Positions 40,435 through 53,222 of a stretch of 64,000 bases of DNA are shown here, piece by piece (position 1 is the stretch's first letter; each line of letters begins with the position of its first letter). The notes under the pieces are model-generated. The model was given only the letters and a program-made list of their open reading frames with translations. It did not search any database and was not told the origin of the DNA. This DNA is from Vermamoeba vermiformis (Eukaryota), in the NCBI GenBank assembly GCA_045837725.1, contig JBEWZL010000278.1:434001-498000 (forward strand), in the 5' to 3' direction. A program made the position numbers and the translations under genes.

Positions 40435-41951
40435 TTAAAAATCATCCTCGATTTCCTCGTCGCTATCCTCTACAGATTCAGCGCTCTTCTCAGCTCGTTC
40501 TTCGAATTTTTTCAGCAATGTAGGGCAGTTCAAGTTCGATTTAGCTTCCCAAGTGTTGCTTTCCTCGCCGTAGCCTTCCCACTTGATAAGATACTCAACA
40601 ACTCCCTATTAATAAGTTTAGACTCGTATTACGTTGCGCTGATCTGATTCTAATTTTACCTTGCGTTTTCTCTTGTCTAAAATAGCCTCAACAACGAACT
40701 CTTCCTCTTCGATAATATTCTTTTTAGCCTTTTTGGGAGTCTTCTCTTTTTTCTCTTTCTTTTCTTTCTTCTCTGCTGCTTTTTTCTTCTTTGGCTTTTG
40801 GAAAACTTCTTCGGCACTGTCCTCTTCCATCGCATCGTTTTTATTGCTATTGTTATTGTTATTATTATTATTGGTCTCGCCGCTCTCGTCATCCTCATCC
40901 TCATTATTGTCGCCGGTTCCGTTCGGGTGATCGCGCGTGTAGATCAAGTAGGTCCAGACATTAGGGAACTTGTTCTTAATAGCCTTGTGAATGTCCTTAA
41001 GGTCCTCAGCTGTTACTTGCGGCAAATTCTTGGCCTTGAGGCACTTCGGGCAGATGCAGATGTTCTCGCAAACAGGGCACTTCCAACGCGTGCTTCCAGT
41101 GTTCATAACACCAGGCTTTTCAATAGGTCTGTCTTCATCAATCATTGAGTCGTCCGAATCGAGACTCTCTAATGATTTGGACTCTTCTTCTTTCTCTTCT
41201 TCGTTCGGATCGGAGATCTGAATCCGTTTGTCAGTACGTGATGATTACTAGGAACGATAATTATATACCTGAAGGCCGTATTTTCCAGTCAAGCACTTGC
41301 GACAGAACTTCACATCGCAGCTCATCTCCTCGCACTCAATCATAGGGCCAGCTTTGCCTGGATTCGAACGGCAATGGTGGCAGTTAGAGCCCTTAGGATA
41401 CTTAATCACGTCTGAGGTCTATTGTGCCGTATTATATTAGACTATAAGCCTTCAATAGTTACTGTAACAACGTACGTCTCGTTTAGGACGAGGAGCGCTT
41501 GGTTTTTTCTCTTCGCCAGCCTCTTTAGCCTCTTGTTTTTTCTTAGCAATAGCTTCTTTGCGTTTTTGACGTTGTTCTTCGCGTTCAGCTGCTTTAGCAC
41601 CAATAACTTGTTCGAGCGGAATGACTTTGCCCTTGATCTTGAGATCGGCAGTGGACATTGTCTTAATTTTAGGGCTATTTATTGATATTAATATTTACTA
41701 ATAAATAAACAATAAACGCGTCGTTAGGGAATAAAATTTACTTCATCAAAATTTTTTTAATTGATTGAGAAATGAATAGTCACGTTCAAAAATTCCAAAT
41801 ATATTACTTACCCTTCTTTCATCATTTTTCCCTTTCCTCCTTTGCCTCCTTCACCTTTTCCGTCCCCGCGCGCAACACCACCCTTGATCATCTTCGTGCC
41901 CATGGCACCAAGTTGTTCCTTGCTCAGCGCACTGTCTTTGGTACGAACCAT
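40435..41951 (-). CDS. zf-4CXXC_R1 (CDCA7-type) zinc finger + C-terminal chromodomain protein
   Basis: Spliced product: MVRTK... then GSNCHHCRS...[20 protein letters not shown]...[17 protein letters not shown], then [51 protein letters not shown]. Confidence 0.88.
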
Positions 41952-42559
41952 TTTGTGTGTTGTTACGTATTGTGTAATAAAATTCAGAATAATTGTCGAT
42001 CGAGCAGCAACAACGGTACTTTTGACGTTTAAATTTTTGCGCGGGAACGTTTTTTTTTGCTCGATCGAACTGCTGAAGACCACACGTCCCTAGCGCACTC
42101 ACATCACTTCTATAAGCGTGGGATAATATTATTCAGATGTGAACTCGTTACTTTCAGACCAAAGAAACAAAATCTAAACTCGCAACTGAAGGAATGCTCC
42201 ATTGAAATTCGTTAAAATATTTAGTGCACAAATATAGCCATTATTCCGAAGGGGTAAGTCTTTATTTATTTGGCTGGCAAACGTTGTCTGAATCTCGGAT
42301 TTGCCGATTACTGCCACGACCAATTTATATTCATTTTGCTGATTATTCGCGAACCATGGTAATGGAACGCACGCTTGTTAGTGCTTGCTCCAATAATAGC
42401 TGAAATTGGATTATTCCGACGGTCAATAATTTACAAAATTCACAAATATTAGGAGTACCGCACCAGACAAACACGGTATACAAACCGCAAATTTATTTTT
42501 CTGTCAATATTCATTTTTAAAACCAGTCGAATAACACAAAAGCCTTTATTTCATCCAAA

Positions 42560-44007
42560 ATGCGTCGCTCCATCCCGTTGCGTGCTCGTACCGAAACATA
42601 TCCTACGCCAGCACCAGAACCACTTGCGAAAGCAACTCGAAAAAGTTCTGCGCAAATGCTACGGTCCCCTCATTTAATGAATTTCAGGATAACAGACACG
42701 GTTGAAAGCAACAACATTTTTACTGAAGACAGATCCGCTTTGAAAGTCAAAACAAACACGAATGTTTTGACGAGGTCAGGCCCAGCGCCATTAGAACCAA
42801 GCTCTATTCAAATATTGAATAAGTCTAAGAGCAGAGAATTTGATGTAAGCGATAATATACTTTCAATTTTGTGTCGGAATTATTCCTCGTTGAAAATTTT
42901 TATTCAATTTCATTAAGAGACAATTGCTAACGTGATTCAATGTATAGAGAAGTGAATACAGTTCATCGGAAGAGGTAATTACATGGCTATTGTTCAAATT
43001 ATAAATTTAAAACTGACAACTTTTTCCATTTAGAGCTCTGGATGTCCCTCCATCAATGAGTTAATGGTCGATATTGTTTCAAAAGATCATTGTATGTATA
43101 ATGTACATTCATTAATGCTCGCGGATGGTTCCTAACCCAATTTTAGCTCTTGGATTTATTGACAACTTCATCGGAAAAAATGGCCACGTGCAAGATCCAA
43201 TTGCACTGCTTTTGCGGCTAACGGAATTATATACTGATGTAACACGTCCACATCATCGCGTTAAGAAGATGACAGCTTCACCCGGAATAGTCCAGTTTAG
43301 GTAATTTAACGCTTATTATTCCTGTCGCGTTAATATGCAAAGCTAATATTGTATTTTTAGGGTTATTAATCTATTAAAGAGGCTATTAGACCTAGTAGAC
43401 GAAGATGATGAGTGGCTGCAACGACTTTCTGACTTTGTAACGACACTTGAAGGTGGTGACGAAGTTGATCGCAATCGAGCGCAGTATTTCCGGCAAAAAA
43501 TGTTCGAAATCAATGCCATTCACGCGAAAATTACGAATATTAGAGCTGCGCGAGAAATGCGATCACATTTAGCGCCTGGAAAATCGGATGTGGCTGAAGT
43601 TGTCTCGCCAAAGAAATCCAATGGCCGAGAAAAGCTGCCAATCGAGCATCATGGCAAAGAAGATGCCATAGCATTGACATTAGAAGTACCTTCAATAATG
43701 CTGGGCACCTCCAAGACCGACGTCAGATCGACATCCCCGAAAAAAGTAATTTGCTTCGATTTCATTTCACATTTTGGAATATATTACGTATCAAAGCGGT
43801 GTATACTGACGCGTTAAACCATAGGAGCATCACCACGCAAAGAATAAAGATCAAATCAAGGTCGAGAGAAAGATCCAGAAGCTTGAGGAGCAAAAAATTA
43901 GCCTGCGAGATTCGGGTGAAAAAGAAAGCAGCAAAGATAAGAAAATAATCAAACTGAATAAGAAGCTAGCTCAATATAAAAAGAAGTGCGATCAGATGAA
44001 GGACTGA
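42560..44007 (+). CDS. Uncharacterised protein with a RasGEF N-terminal (REM)-like segment and a basic coiled-coil tail
   Basis: Spliced middle exons read FIDNFIG...DPIALLLRLTELY...IVQFRVINLLKRLL, resembling the REM motif. TGA at 44005-44007. Confidence 0.5.
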
Positions 44008-44206
44008 AATGTAAAATAGCTGTAAATTAGAAATTGTATTTGTAGATAAATGGCCAATGTGGCTTACTTGCGGATCATGATGTTCGATCATTACAACTAA
44101 GTTTTCGGTTGGTCGATCCAACAAAATGTCAAGATGTCATAAAATGGAAGATACTTTTACGCTTCTAGAACTTATTTTATTATTTATTTACGATCGAATA
44201 ATAGAA

Positions 44207-45603
44207 ATGTCGGCCCCTCCTCAACCCATTTCTACACGAGAAGATTTCAAGTGGCTCGTTGCAGGATCTTCCATCTTGGCGTTGCACGCAGGTTAGTCTT
44301 AAACTCTCTTTAGATCCTTAACATTATCTTCTTTATGATCATTTAATGCTGAGATGCTAAAATCTTGCGTAAATACAACTGTGCCTCTGCAACTTATTGC
44401 TGATTATTGACTTATTTCATTCCCAAAAATAAATTAAAAATCAGAATCAACCGATTATGGATTATTACGATTAAATCTGTAATAAAATACGATTTTTCTA
44501 TTTATTAAGGAATATTCTCGAAGATTTTCGCGATCCTACAGTTTGACATTTTAACGTTTCTCGTATTTTTAGGTTTTATTAATGCCGTCGCTATTCTTGC
44601 TGCTCCTTCAGGAGGAGGTCCAGTTACTCACGTCACCGGTCCCTCATCCAGAGTTGCCATTCAGTTAGTTATCGGAAACTATATTGAGTTCGCCTGGTCC
44701 CTTGCGACTATGCTTGGATTCTCATTCGGAGGTGTTTTGTCCGGCGTCATGGTCGGAAATATTCAATTTAGATTGAAGAAGAGTTACGGTACCGTTTTAT
44801 TGCTTGAAAGTATTTTATTGGTGGTCGCTGCAGGTAAAATCAGATCGCAACAAAAAGACTTACGGTCGTACCACATGATCTAACGAAATTAAATATATAG
44901 TCGTGCTAGATGTATTTAAAGAAACGCAATATACGCGCTGGATTTGGATTTTAGTAGCCGTGGCGGCTGGTATGCAAAATGTAAGCGTTAGACCTGGCGG
45001 AAAAGACTTTAAAATCATACTAAAATATCATTTATTTAATTAGGCCATTTGTACTAGTTTTAGCGGTGCTGTCGTGCGTACAACACACGTTACTGGTGAG
45101 TATAAATAATTATTTTATTATTTTCGAAAAAACAATATTAATCTTATTCAATCTCAGGTATTGCTACGGATATTGGCCTTATTCTCGGCTTTGCATTCAG
45201 ATACAAATGGATTCACAGAAAAGAATACAAAGATCACTGGAAACTTTTGGTGTTTATCCCGATCTGGGTCTGCTTCATTGCCGGAGGTATTCTAGCCACC
45301 GTTATTCGTAATGCTATGGGCGACAATCTTAAACACTACGCGTTGACGATTCCTGCGGTGACTATGGGCATATTCAGCATTCTCTATTTGACCGTGATCT
45401 ACAAACGCGCACCCAAGGACGACGGATCTCACAGATTGCTTGCTCGTCGCGAAACTACACCTATGGTTGGAGACAATAGTTATAGCGCCCCGTTGATGCC
45501 TCGTGAAGAAGGTGTTGCTTTGGACGAAGATCCGGATTTGCCTTCGTTGGATCCCGCAACCAATCACATTCCTCTTGACGATCATCACGATGACGACGAT
45601 TAA
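44207..45603 (+). CDS. DUF1275/YoaK-family membrane protein
   Basis: LALHAGFINAVAI...VTHVTG, AVAAGMQNA...VRTTHVTGIATDIG, multiple TM segments. Confidence 0.88.
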
Positions 45604-45924
45604 TAGACTTATTGAAACCTATTCTCATTTTTGATTTTATTCTTGTAACCTGCGTTATAAAACAAATTGTTGTTGAGATCCAGATCGGTCCACAGTAATG
45701 GTCTTGCTGGCTCGTCGATAAATACCTGACTGAAAAAAATAAGAGAAATTATCGTACTGAAGTCCCCAAGCGCTGGATAGCTCTACAGTCCGTTTTTTGT
45801 TTTATTAATTTTAAATACTTTACTTTGTTACTGCCGCGTAAACTACATTATTATTCTAACAGTCGCTCAAACTACCACAATAACATCCCCCTTATGCTTA
45901 ATAGAGCGAAATAGAGCCACAGAA

Positions 45925-47877
45925 ATGGTACGAATTACTTAATTAACGCCAGAGGCAAGACGGAGGTTGGCACAGCACTAATAAATCAATTAATATGGTT
46001 ATAATTCAGGAAAGTTCGTCGGATGCAAATTATTTTGATCAGATCCCGAAAGAGCTCACGTTGATAATAATTTCGTATCTAAATTTAAACTTGAGAGAAG
46101 TGCTCAGGTAATCCAAGTCACTACCAATCGATTTAATTATTATTATGCTAATTTTTAAATTAGAATTCAAGCCATTAGCAAGAAATGGAAGGATCTGCTA
46201 TGGTCCTCGGTGACGGATCTCGACACGCGATTATTTAAAGCAAGCGAAAAAGCTACCATATTGCCTATAATATTATCTAGACTGAATTTTAGTTGTCTTC
46301 GCTCAATTGTGCAAGGTAGGTGGAGAAATAATTCGCGATCCAACCGCTGATCTTCTGTTTATATCAGAGACCGTTGCCGAGATTCCCTCAAAATACATTG
46401 AAAAATGCGCGTCATTAAAATACTTGGAAATACGAGATTATCAAATACCTTTCAATGACTGCCATGGGCTGAAACAACTGGGAGAATATTCGTGCGAATC
46501 TTATGTTGATTTGTTGGACTTGGACGTGTATGCTGAAGCAAATTTGCCATGTAGATTCAACGCTCTCTTCCGTAGCTTTTTGGCAGGGTATTCTCCCAAT
46601 GCCAGAGCAGTATTTCCGCAATTCAATTTCTCGCCAGTGCGCACCGAATTCAGGCAACAAGAGCCAATCAAATTCAACAAGAATTTTCATCGCGGTGGAA
46701 TGATCAATGAGGAGTTGTTTGTGATTGGTGCAACTGATGGCACACTGATGTTCCTCAAGCTCGACTCTAAAACTCAATCGTTGACAATCCATTCAGTGAA
46801 CAACACGCACAAAGGTTGTATCAACGAGATATGGACCGAACAAAGTCTCTGCACGTACGTTGCGTCATCGGTAAGCGTCAAAATGTCAACAGGTGTCACT
46901 TTCAAACACGTCACTTTCGACACCATTTACGCACCTGTATAACCTTTAACTATATTGCTATAGGATGGAATTGTAACAGCTTGGCACTATGATGACAATG
47001 GACCCGTTCTGAAACGAACACTTCAATTCCCAGAGTCAATTTTGTTCGTGTGTCACTCACCCTTGGGCGATGTCGTTGCAGCCGGTGCTCGAACAGTTTA
47101 CTTTGCAAATCTGATCTCGGGAGATATAATCAAACAAATGCACGTCGATGAAGATATTACTGGTAATATTTGACTATTGCTCTGGTGACTTTTGCGGATC
47201 CATTTTTTAAACCTCATTTCTTCAGGTCTGTTCGGCAATAGATTCCAGTGCACGCTCAGTACTCGCACACGTTACTACCGACAGCTACACATGGTAGATA
47301 GCATGAGTCAAGCAATGTCTATAGAGGCCAGCACACCAAACTTTTGGATCGCACCCGACGGATCGTAAGTGCAGCTGTTATTTCCTGTTGACAGCTGCCA
47401 GCTAGTCATTCCGAGGTAACAATATGTCTTTAGAATTCGTGCAGTCGTGTTTCCAAACCAAGTACAGTTGATGGACGCAGATCAGCCTTTCAAACAGTAC
47501 CCTAATCCTCAAAACGTTACGTTTGACTCGCGACCAGGCTCGTTCAAATACAGCCCTTTGCATTATTGGGGTTCAGTATCGACTGGGACGAATATCGTCA
47601 CTTACGTAAGGCTTCAAAATTCTTTTGAATTATTCAATCTTTTTTTGTTACTCATCCTCCTCCTCCTTAATTTATCCTTCGAATTATTTAGGATATGATG
47701 AATGATAGCGAGCCGATGATGGCGTCAGTTTCAGCGAGAATTTCTCGCAGCGAATTCAACGAAGGAAAATTCCCGATCTGCTCGTCATTTTGGTACTGTT
47801 TGAAGAGCGAATATTTGTTCGGTTTATTTTCGAATAATTCTCTCTGCTGGTGGCAAATAATTGAGTCTTCCGTATAA
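45925..47877 (+). CDS. F-box protein with degenerate WD40-like repeats
   Basis: An ATG-only first exon is inferred. YFDQIPKELTLIIISYL...LREVLRIQAISKKWKDL (F-box); FVIGATDGTLMF, HKGCINEI...YVASSDGIVTAW (WD-like). Confidence 0.75.
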
Positions 47878-48259
47878 TACAACTTCTTGAAAGGAAAAAA
47901 ACGAAATATAATTTTAAGTGTTACGAATCGCCACTAAAATTATCTTTCGTTTTAAGACGTTCACCAGCACAACATAGAACTCAATACGCAAAATCCTTTG
48001 TTTAACGAGTCTTATTTGACTCAATTTTTGCTGGATGCTGCGATCGGTCATCTGCACTCTTTTTCTCCCAGCAACGCGCACCACCTTCATCTCGTCAATA
48101 CCTGCATTAATTCAACGTCAAAATAAGTGGCTGCCACTGCGTAAAGGTAAATAATATTGATGATTGTTAAAGTTCAAATTCGCGAGCGTTTTTTAAAATT
48201 CAATTCGTCACCAGTTAAATATTGCGTTAATATTGCAATTAATATTGCGATTAATTTAG

Positions 48260-49463
48260 AAATCATCTTCGAGCGAGAATTTTTGCAGCCCAAAATTTCT
48301 TTCCGATCAGTTCACAATGCTCGGGATAAAGGTATGTAATTATTGTAAAATATTGATTTATTAATTCATTTTCAGCCTACGAGCCCTCGGAAAATCAGAT
48401 TAGTTCGTCTTCTGTCCGTCAACCCTCCATTAACGACCAAGAGATTGAATGGTTTGCAGAGCGGCAAATCCAATGGCGAGGCGGCAATCTTGCCTTCCGC
48501 TTGCCAGTGCGCAAAGTATTCGGCCAAGAAGTGCCCTTAGTTGACGACTGGATTTTCAACGGAAAAAAGCTCCGCACTCCTTTTTTTAATCGACACAACG
48601 TTTTGTTGGAGCTGCTGCAAGCCAACTTCACCATGTATAGGTCAATATGTTCAACGAAACCAGTGTATTCTATTCAAACCCTGGGTACTGGAAGCGGCAA
48701 AACCCGACTTCTCATGGAGTGGGTTATGCACGCCTTTGCTAACTACGACGAAGTGATTGTTCCGTTCTTGGCAAAAAATGAGGAAACATCTGCAAAGCAA
48801 TTTTTGAATGCTTTGTACTACTCATTTTATCGCCAGTATGTTATTCTGTGTCACGGCAGGGATATTGATACCAACACAAGTAAGCAGAGAAATTTGTTAC
48901 ACACCATGTCTAATGGATTGCGCCACAGAGCAAGCACAACAGAAGTTGATTTGTCAGGCCATTTTGGACAGACACAAAGGAATGGAGACAACAGCAAATA
49001 ATCAGCAAGTAATTATAAATGAAGAGGCAAAGAAGCAGCTATTCTACATTGACGAGCATGAAGTCAAACAATTTCTGGATTTATTCATCAAGCTGGCAGA
49101 TGGCAAATTCGCTGAGCCAACTGTGCTACCCTTTCCAGAAGTAGTAGTGAAGCAGAAAGTCATGCCACGGTTCATGTTGTTTCATATTGATGAATGCCAG
49201 GTATGTAAAGTTGCTCTTACACAACTTGTTAATTCAGAATCCACTAGGAATACTCAGCAAAGCAACCATCAGCCGATACAGATCTTCTTCATCAACTGTT
49301 TAAGGAAGGAGCATTAGCTTACCACTCATGTAGACGCATGGGTATTCTCAATTTTTGGTACGCTACAGGCACCCATCTTACTGGAAGTTTCGTTCCATTG
49401 CGTGACCATGCTGCTTCTTATAATCTTGTTCCTGCTTCATATCCAAAGACCAAGCAAACTTGA
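48260..49463 (+). pseudogene. P-loop NTPase gene fragment (STAND/Crinkler-type NTPase-like)
   Basis: PFFNR...LGTGSGKTRLL (Walker A) and FMLFHIDECQ (Walker B) join via a GT-AG intron near 48880-48928. There is no convincing start codon, and the frame stops soon after Walker B. Confidence 0.55.
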
Positions 49464-49557
49464 GAGGTGGCAGAAGACAATAGCCAGCAGTCTAACGCTT
49501 AGTTTTGTTGCTCAAGATTTAATTCAATAATGCTTGTACAATATCCTGATAACAAAA

Positions 49558-52500
49558 TTATTTGCATTTTCGTAACTTGTGGTACTTGTGTGCCCACTCA
49601 TACGTTAGTGCCATTAACTCTTTCCAGGTATCTTTTGCCTGATTTTTAAACCCTTTAATCTTCACTAACTTTGGCCATCGCTCTCCACCGATGTATAGGC
49701 AGTGATCGAGTAGCTGATTTGCTCCATATGCTTCAGAGAAGATAAGGAAATCCAAGATATTCTCTACTGTCGTCAGATCCGCATTTGCAAGCAACACTTC
49801 GCAGCACTGCGTCAAACGAGGCAAGTCGTAACTGTGCGCCAAGCATGCAAGATCAATCAACGATTCGGTCGTGAACTTGCGGTCGTGATCCAAGTCGTCA
49901 GCGTAGATGTAGTGAATCAGATCTTGGAATGTTTCGGCCTTCTCCTCGGGTATAACGATCTCCTTCTTATGACTGATAGCGAATTAACATCAGCCTCGCA
50001 ATTAATGCACTCGTACTACACATACCTCTCAGCCATGCCCGAGTCAAACATGTGTCGGAAGTGAGGACAACGCGCGTACAAAACGATCTTGTGACAATCA
50101 ATCTTGCGCCCTTGCACGACAAATGTGACGTCGCAGTACTCTTGCAGATGATTGACATTGACTGCTTTGATCAGCGGCGAGTAGTTGAGTGGCGAGTAGC
50201 CCGAGAACAAGACAGGCGTCAACAAGAGTGCTTGTTGCCAGGTCATCTTGGCAGCACTGTCTTCTTCAGAGGACGTGGAGTCGTCGATTTGACTGATCAC
50301 ATCAATGTCGTCATCGGAGGACAACATCTCGAGCATTGATCGTCGCTTTTTCTTCTTGGCTGACGACAATTCATTTAACGCTTCGACCCACGTGATCATT
50401 TCGTTCTCGTTGGTATTGGGCGGGTTATTTGCATCATCAATCGCGTTGTTGTTGTTGTTGTTTGGTGCTTCCTGCTGTTGACCCTCCTCTTCGTCGTTCT
50501 CGCCGGGAAAGAACAGAGCCTCTTCCCACGTGATCTGCTGATTCAAGTGATGATCAATATTCTCTTGCGGGTTGTTGTTCTCGCCTTGCTGCGGCAAATG
50601 CTCCATTAATCCTTGCAACATTGCCTGCATCAAATTCAAGCGGGACTCTCGTTTGCCTGTTTCTTTTTGTCTTTCAGCTGCCGTCTTGGCGAGGCGATCC
50701 TGTTCTTGGGCCTTTTCCTGTCAAATTGTTAGTGCCTATTACGTGGGATTGATTGTAACTCACTTCCGCCAGTCTATCTACAGTGTTCTTAATTTCGACA
50801 GCCAAGTACGAGAGTTTCAGTTGATTTTTCACAAACTCTTTGAGCTGAGCAAGCAATCTCTTACGGCGCTTTTTGCCCTTGAGTGCCTCGTACAAATCTC
50901 CGCCGTAAATCTGAATCGCACGTTAGCTCAACAGTATTGTATTGTAAAAGACTTACCCACTGAACGAAGGTCAAAAACGCGTCAAACTTGATATTCTCGA
51001 TTGTGTTCTTAGACTGCTTGTAGATCTTCAACAGCTCGGGACACAAACACGCCAGTATTATTTTGTGGGCATACAACGTCTTATTCTCCACCACAAATTG
51101 AATGTCGCTGCACGTGCAATGTTAGTAGTCGAGTAGTTAATCATCACGTGAACAGTAACGTACCTGAACTTAGAATTATTTACAATAGCGAGCATATCTC
51201 TGGTGAGGATAGACGGACCTACTGTCACGTGCACTCGTTGCCGTTCACCTAGTGCAGTGTTAGTACAGAGCAGATATGACGCAATGAATGGACGTACTCG
51301 TGTCAAGTAGAGTGCATTCGCCCGTGTACTTGGTTTCTTCAAAAGTGACCCAGTATTAGTAACAGAAGACATTAGCGCCCAAATAATACATTACCTTGTG
51401 CGCCGCCTCCGTGCACAACACCACCGAACGAGAGAATCTTATTATATACAAGCACGGACACGTGATAAAATGTCGGTGGCGGGGCCCATCCTTCCACGTC
51501 ACAATAGGACCAGACAAGTGTGTCTGTGTCCAGATAATGTATGTCATTGTACGTCGCGTCCCTGTCGTCGAATGAAGTGCCACCAAAAATGTAAATTTTG
51601 TTGTTGATCGTCTGGCAGTTTGTGAGTACGTGTAACACGACATGGTTCCGACGAGGTACTTACGACAGCTGAGTGCCAAGACCGCGGTGTCGGGACGTTT
51701 CCAGACGCGCTTGGCTTCAACCACTCGTCCCTGTCCAAGTCGAGAATATGTACATCGTTGAAGTTGCCATTGGTCAGGAGAGATGTCGCGTTCGGCGCGA
51801 ATCTATCCGCTTCAAAATGACCTCCAAAAAAGAATATTTTGCGACCTAGTATCAGTTCCTTATTAGCCCCCGTGCCTGTTATGTTATTATTGCTTCACTT
51901 ACCGACAGCACTTGCACTGTGTCCGACGCGAGGTGACGGTCCTGTGCCCTTCGGAAATAAATACCGCCACGTGTGCGTCTTCGTGTTGTACTCGTAGAGG
52001 TCTCCAAAATATCGATTGGAGTGCACGAGATCACCACCAAATAAGTAAATGTTGTCGCCAACCGCCGTGAACGAAAATTGTGTTCGTGCACATGGTACAT
52101 CTCCGTGTTGTTCTGGCTTGCTCCACACCTTTTTATCTGTCCATAGCGTTAGTTAATGGACCATAGATGGCACCAGCAATATAGTTGTATTACCTAAATC
52201 TAATATATACATGTCGTTGTAATGTAACCGCGACTGGAAGTAGTTGGATCCGCCAAAGATATAAACTTTGTTTTTAATATATACAGCGCCGTGGCCTGAT
52301 CGCGGCGAAGGTCCTTGGCCTTGAAATTTGTTCGTGGCGTTCTCCCATTCTTTGGTTTCTGCGAGATTTGGTCAGAATTAATTACGAATTCCACTTTGTG
52401 ATTGTGTCCGAATCGTAATCTCTTATTGATTGAATCCAACATTAAATTTTGATAAAATGGATGGAATAATTCTTCCATCGAATTATTGTTCAAAATTTGT

Positions 52501-53030
52501 AAAGAAAAGTGTTGTCGGATCGGCCAGAAGCGCATAAACATTGCCGGCTGAAAACTTACTCAGATTAAATATTTGGACGTCGTTGTAATAAGTGCCGTCT
52601 CCATCTTCAGAACAATAGCCACCGAAGAATAAAACCAAGTGATCAGCTATTTTTGTCGCAGATCCGGCAGCACGCGCACTTGGTGGTCGACCATGAGGTT
52701 TAAATTTTAACCAGCGCACTAAATAGAAATAAAATACATTAATAAACTAATATTGCGCGACAAGGATAAAGGGCATTAGCGAAACAACAAGAAAGACTCT
52801 CGCCAGATGCGCTAATGTATTGTATTGCATAATTAATAGAGCCAAAATATATATTTGCATGCATTGATGAGTAGTTTGCACGAGGGATAATAAGCATAAA
52901 AATTTAAAATGGAAATTTAAAATTACAGATGGGCCAAACCACGCCCGAACAAAAATAAGATAATTCTAATTCGGGACCTACCAGTTTTATCTGCTTTTTT
53001 ATTTTTTGGGTCTGCCGTCAAGTTGAACAT
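49558..53030 (-). CDS. Kelch-repeat + two BTB domain protein (LZTR1-like architecture)
   Basis: Kelch repeats (PPSARAAGS...LFFGG, PCARTQFS...IYLFGG, PTPRSWHSA); two BTB domains (LYAHKIILACLCP; CDVTFVVQGRKIDCHKIVLYARCPHFRHMF). Confidence 0.88.
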
Positions 53031-53222
53031 CCAGATTTCTGTCTACTTCATGCTTGATCCAAATAATTCGCTCGAAACCTTTGTACAAAATAAATATTGT
53101 CTATTGTCTACACAAGAAAGTGAATTCTCTGCTAGTAATCTCCCAAGTGCGGAAGAAGTCGCAAAAGCAGCGTTTTTTCAGGCCATTTTTTTGGCTGGCG
53201 ATTTTGGCCCGAATTTTTTTAC

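Noticed and set aside
40845-40872. (TTA/TTG)n microsatellite
   Set aside because: It encodes an ordinary poly-Asn linker.
38858-41221. Many overlapping antisense or alternative-frame ORFs
   Set aside because: These are shadows of GC-richer or low-complexity coding exons.
48808-49001. Apparent frameshift between the Walker A and Walker B ORFs
   Set aside because: Explained by an intron at about 48880-48928.
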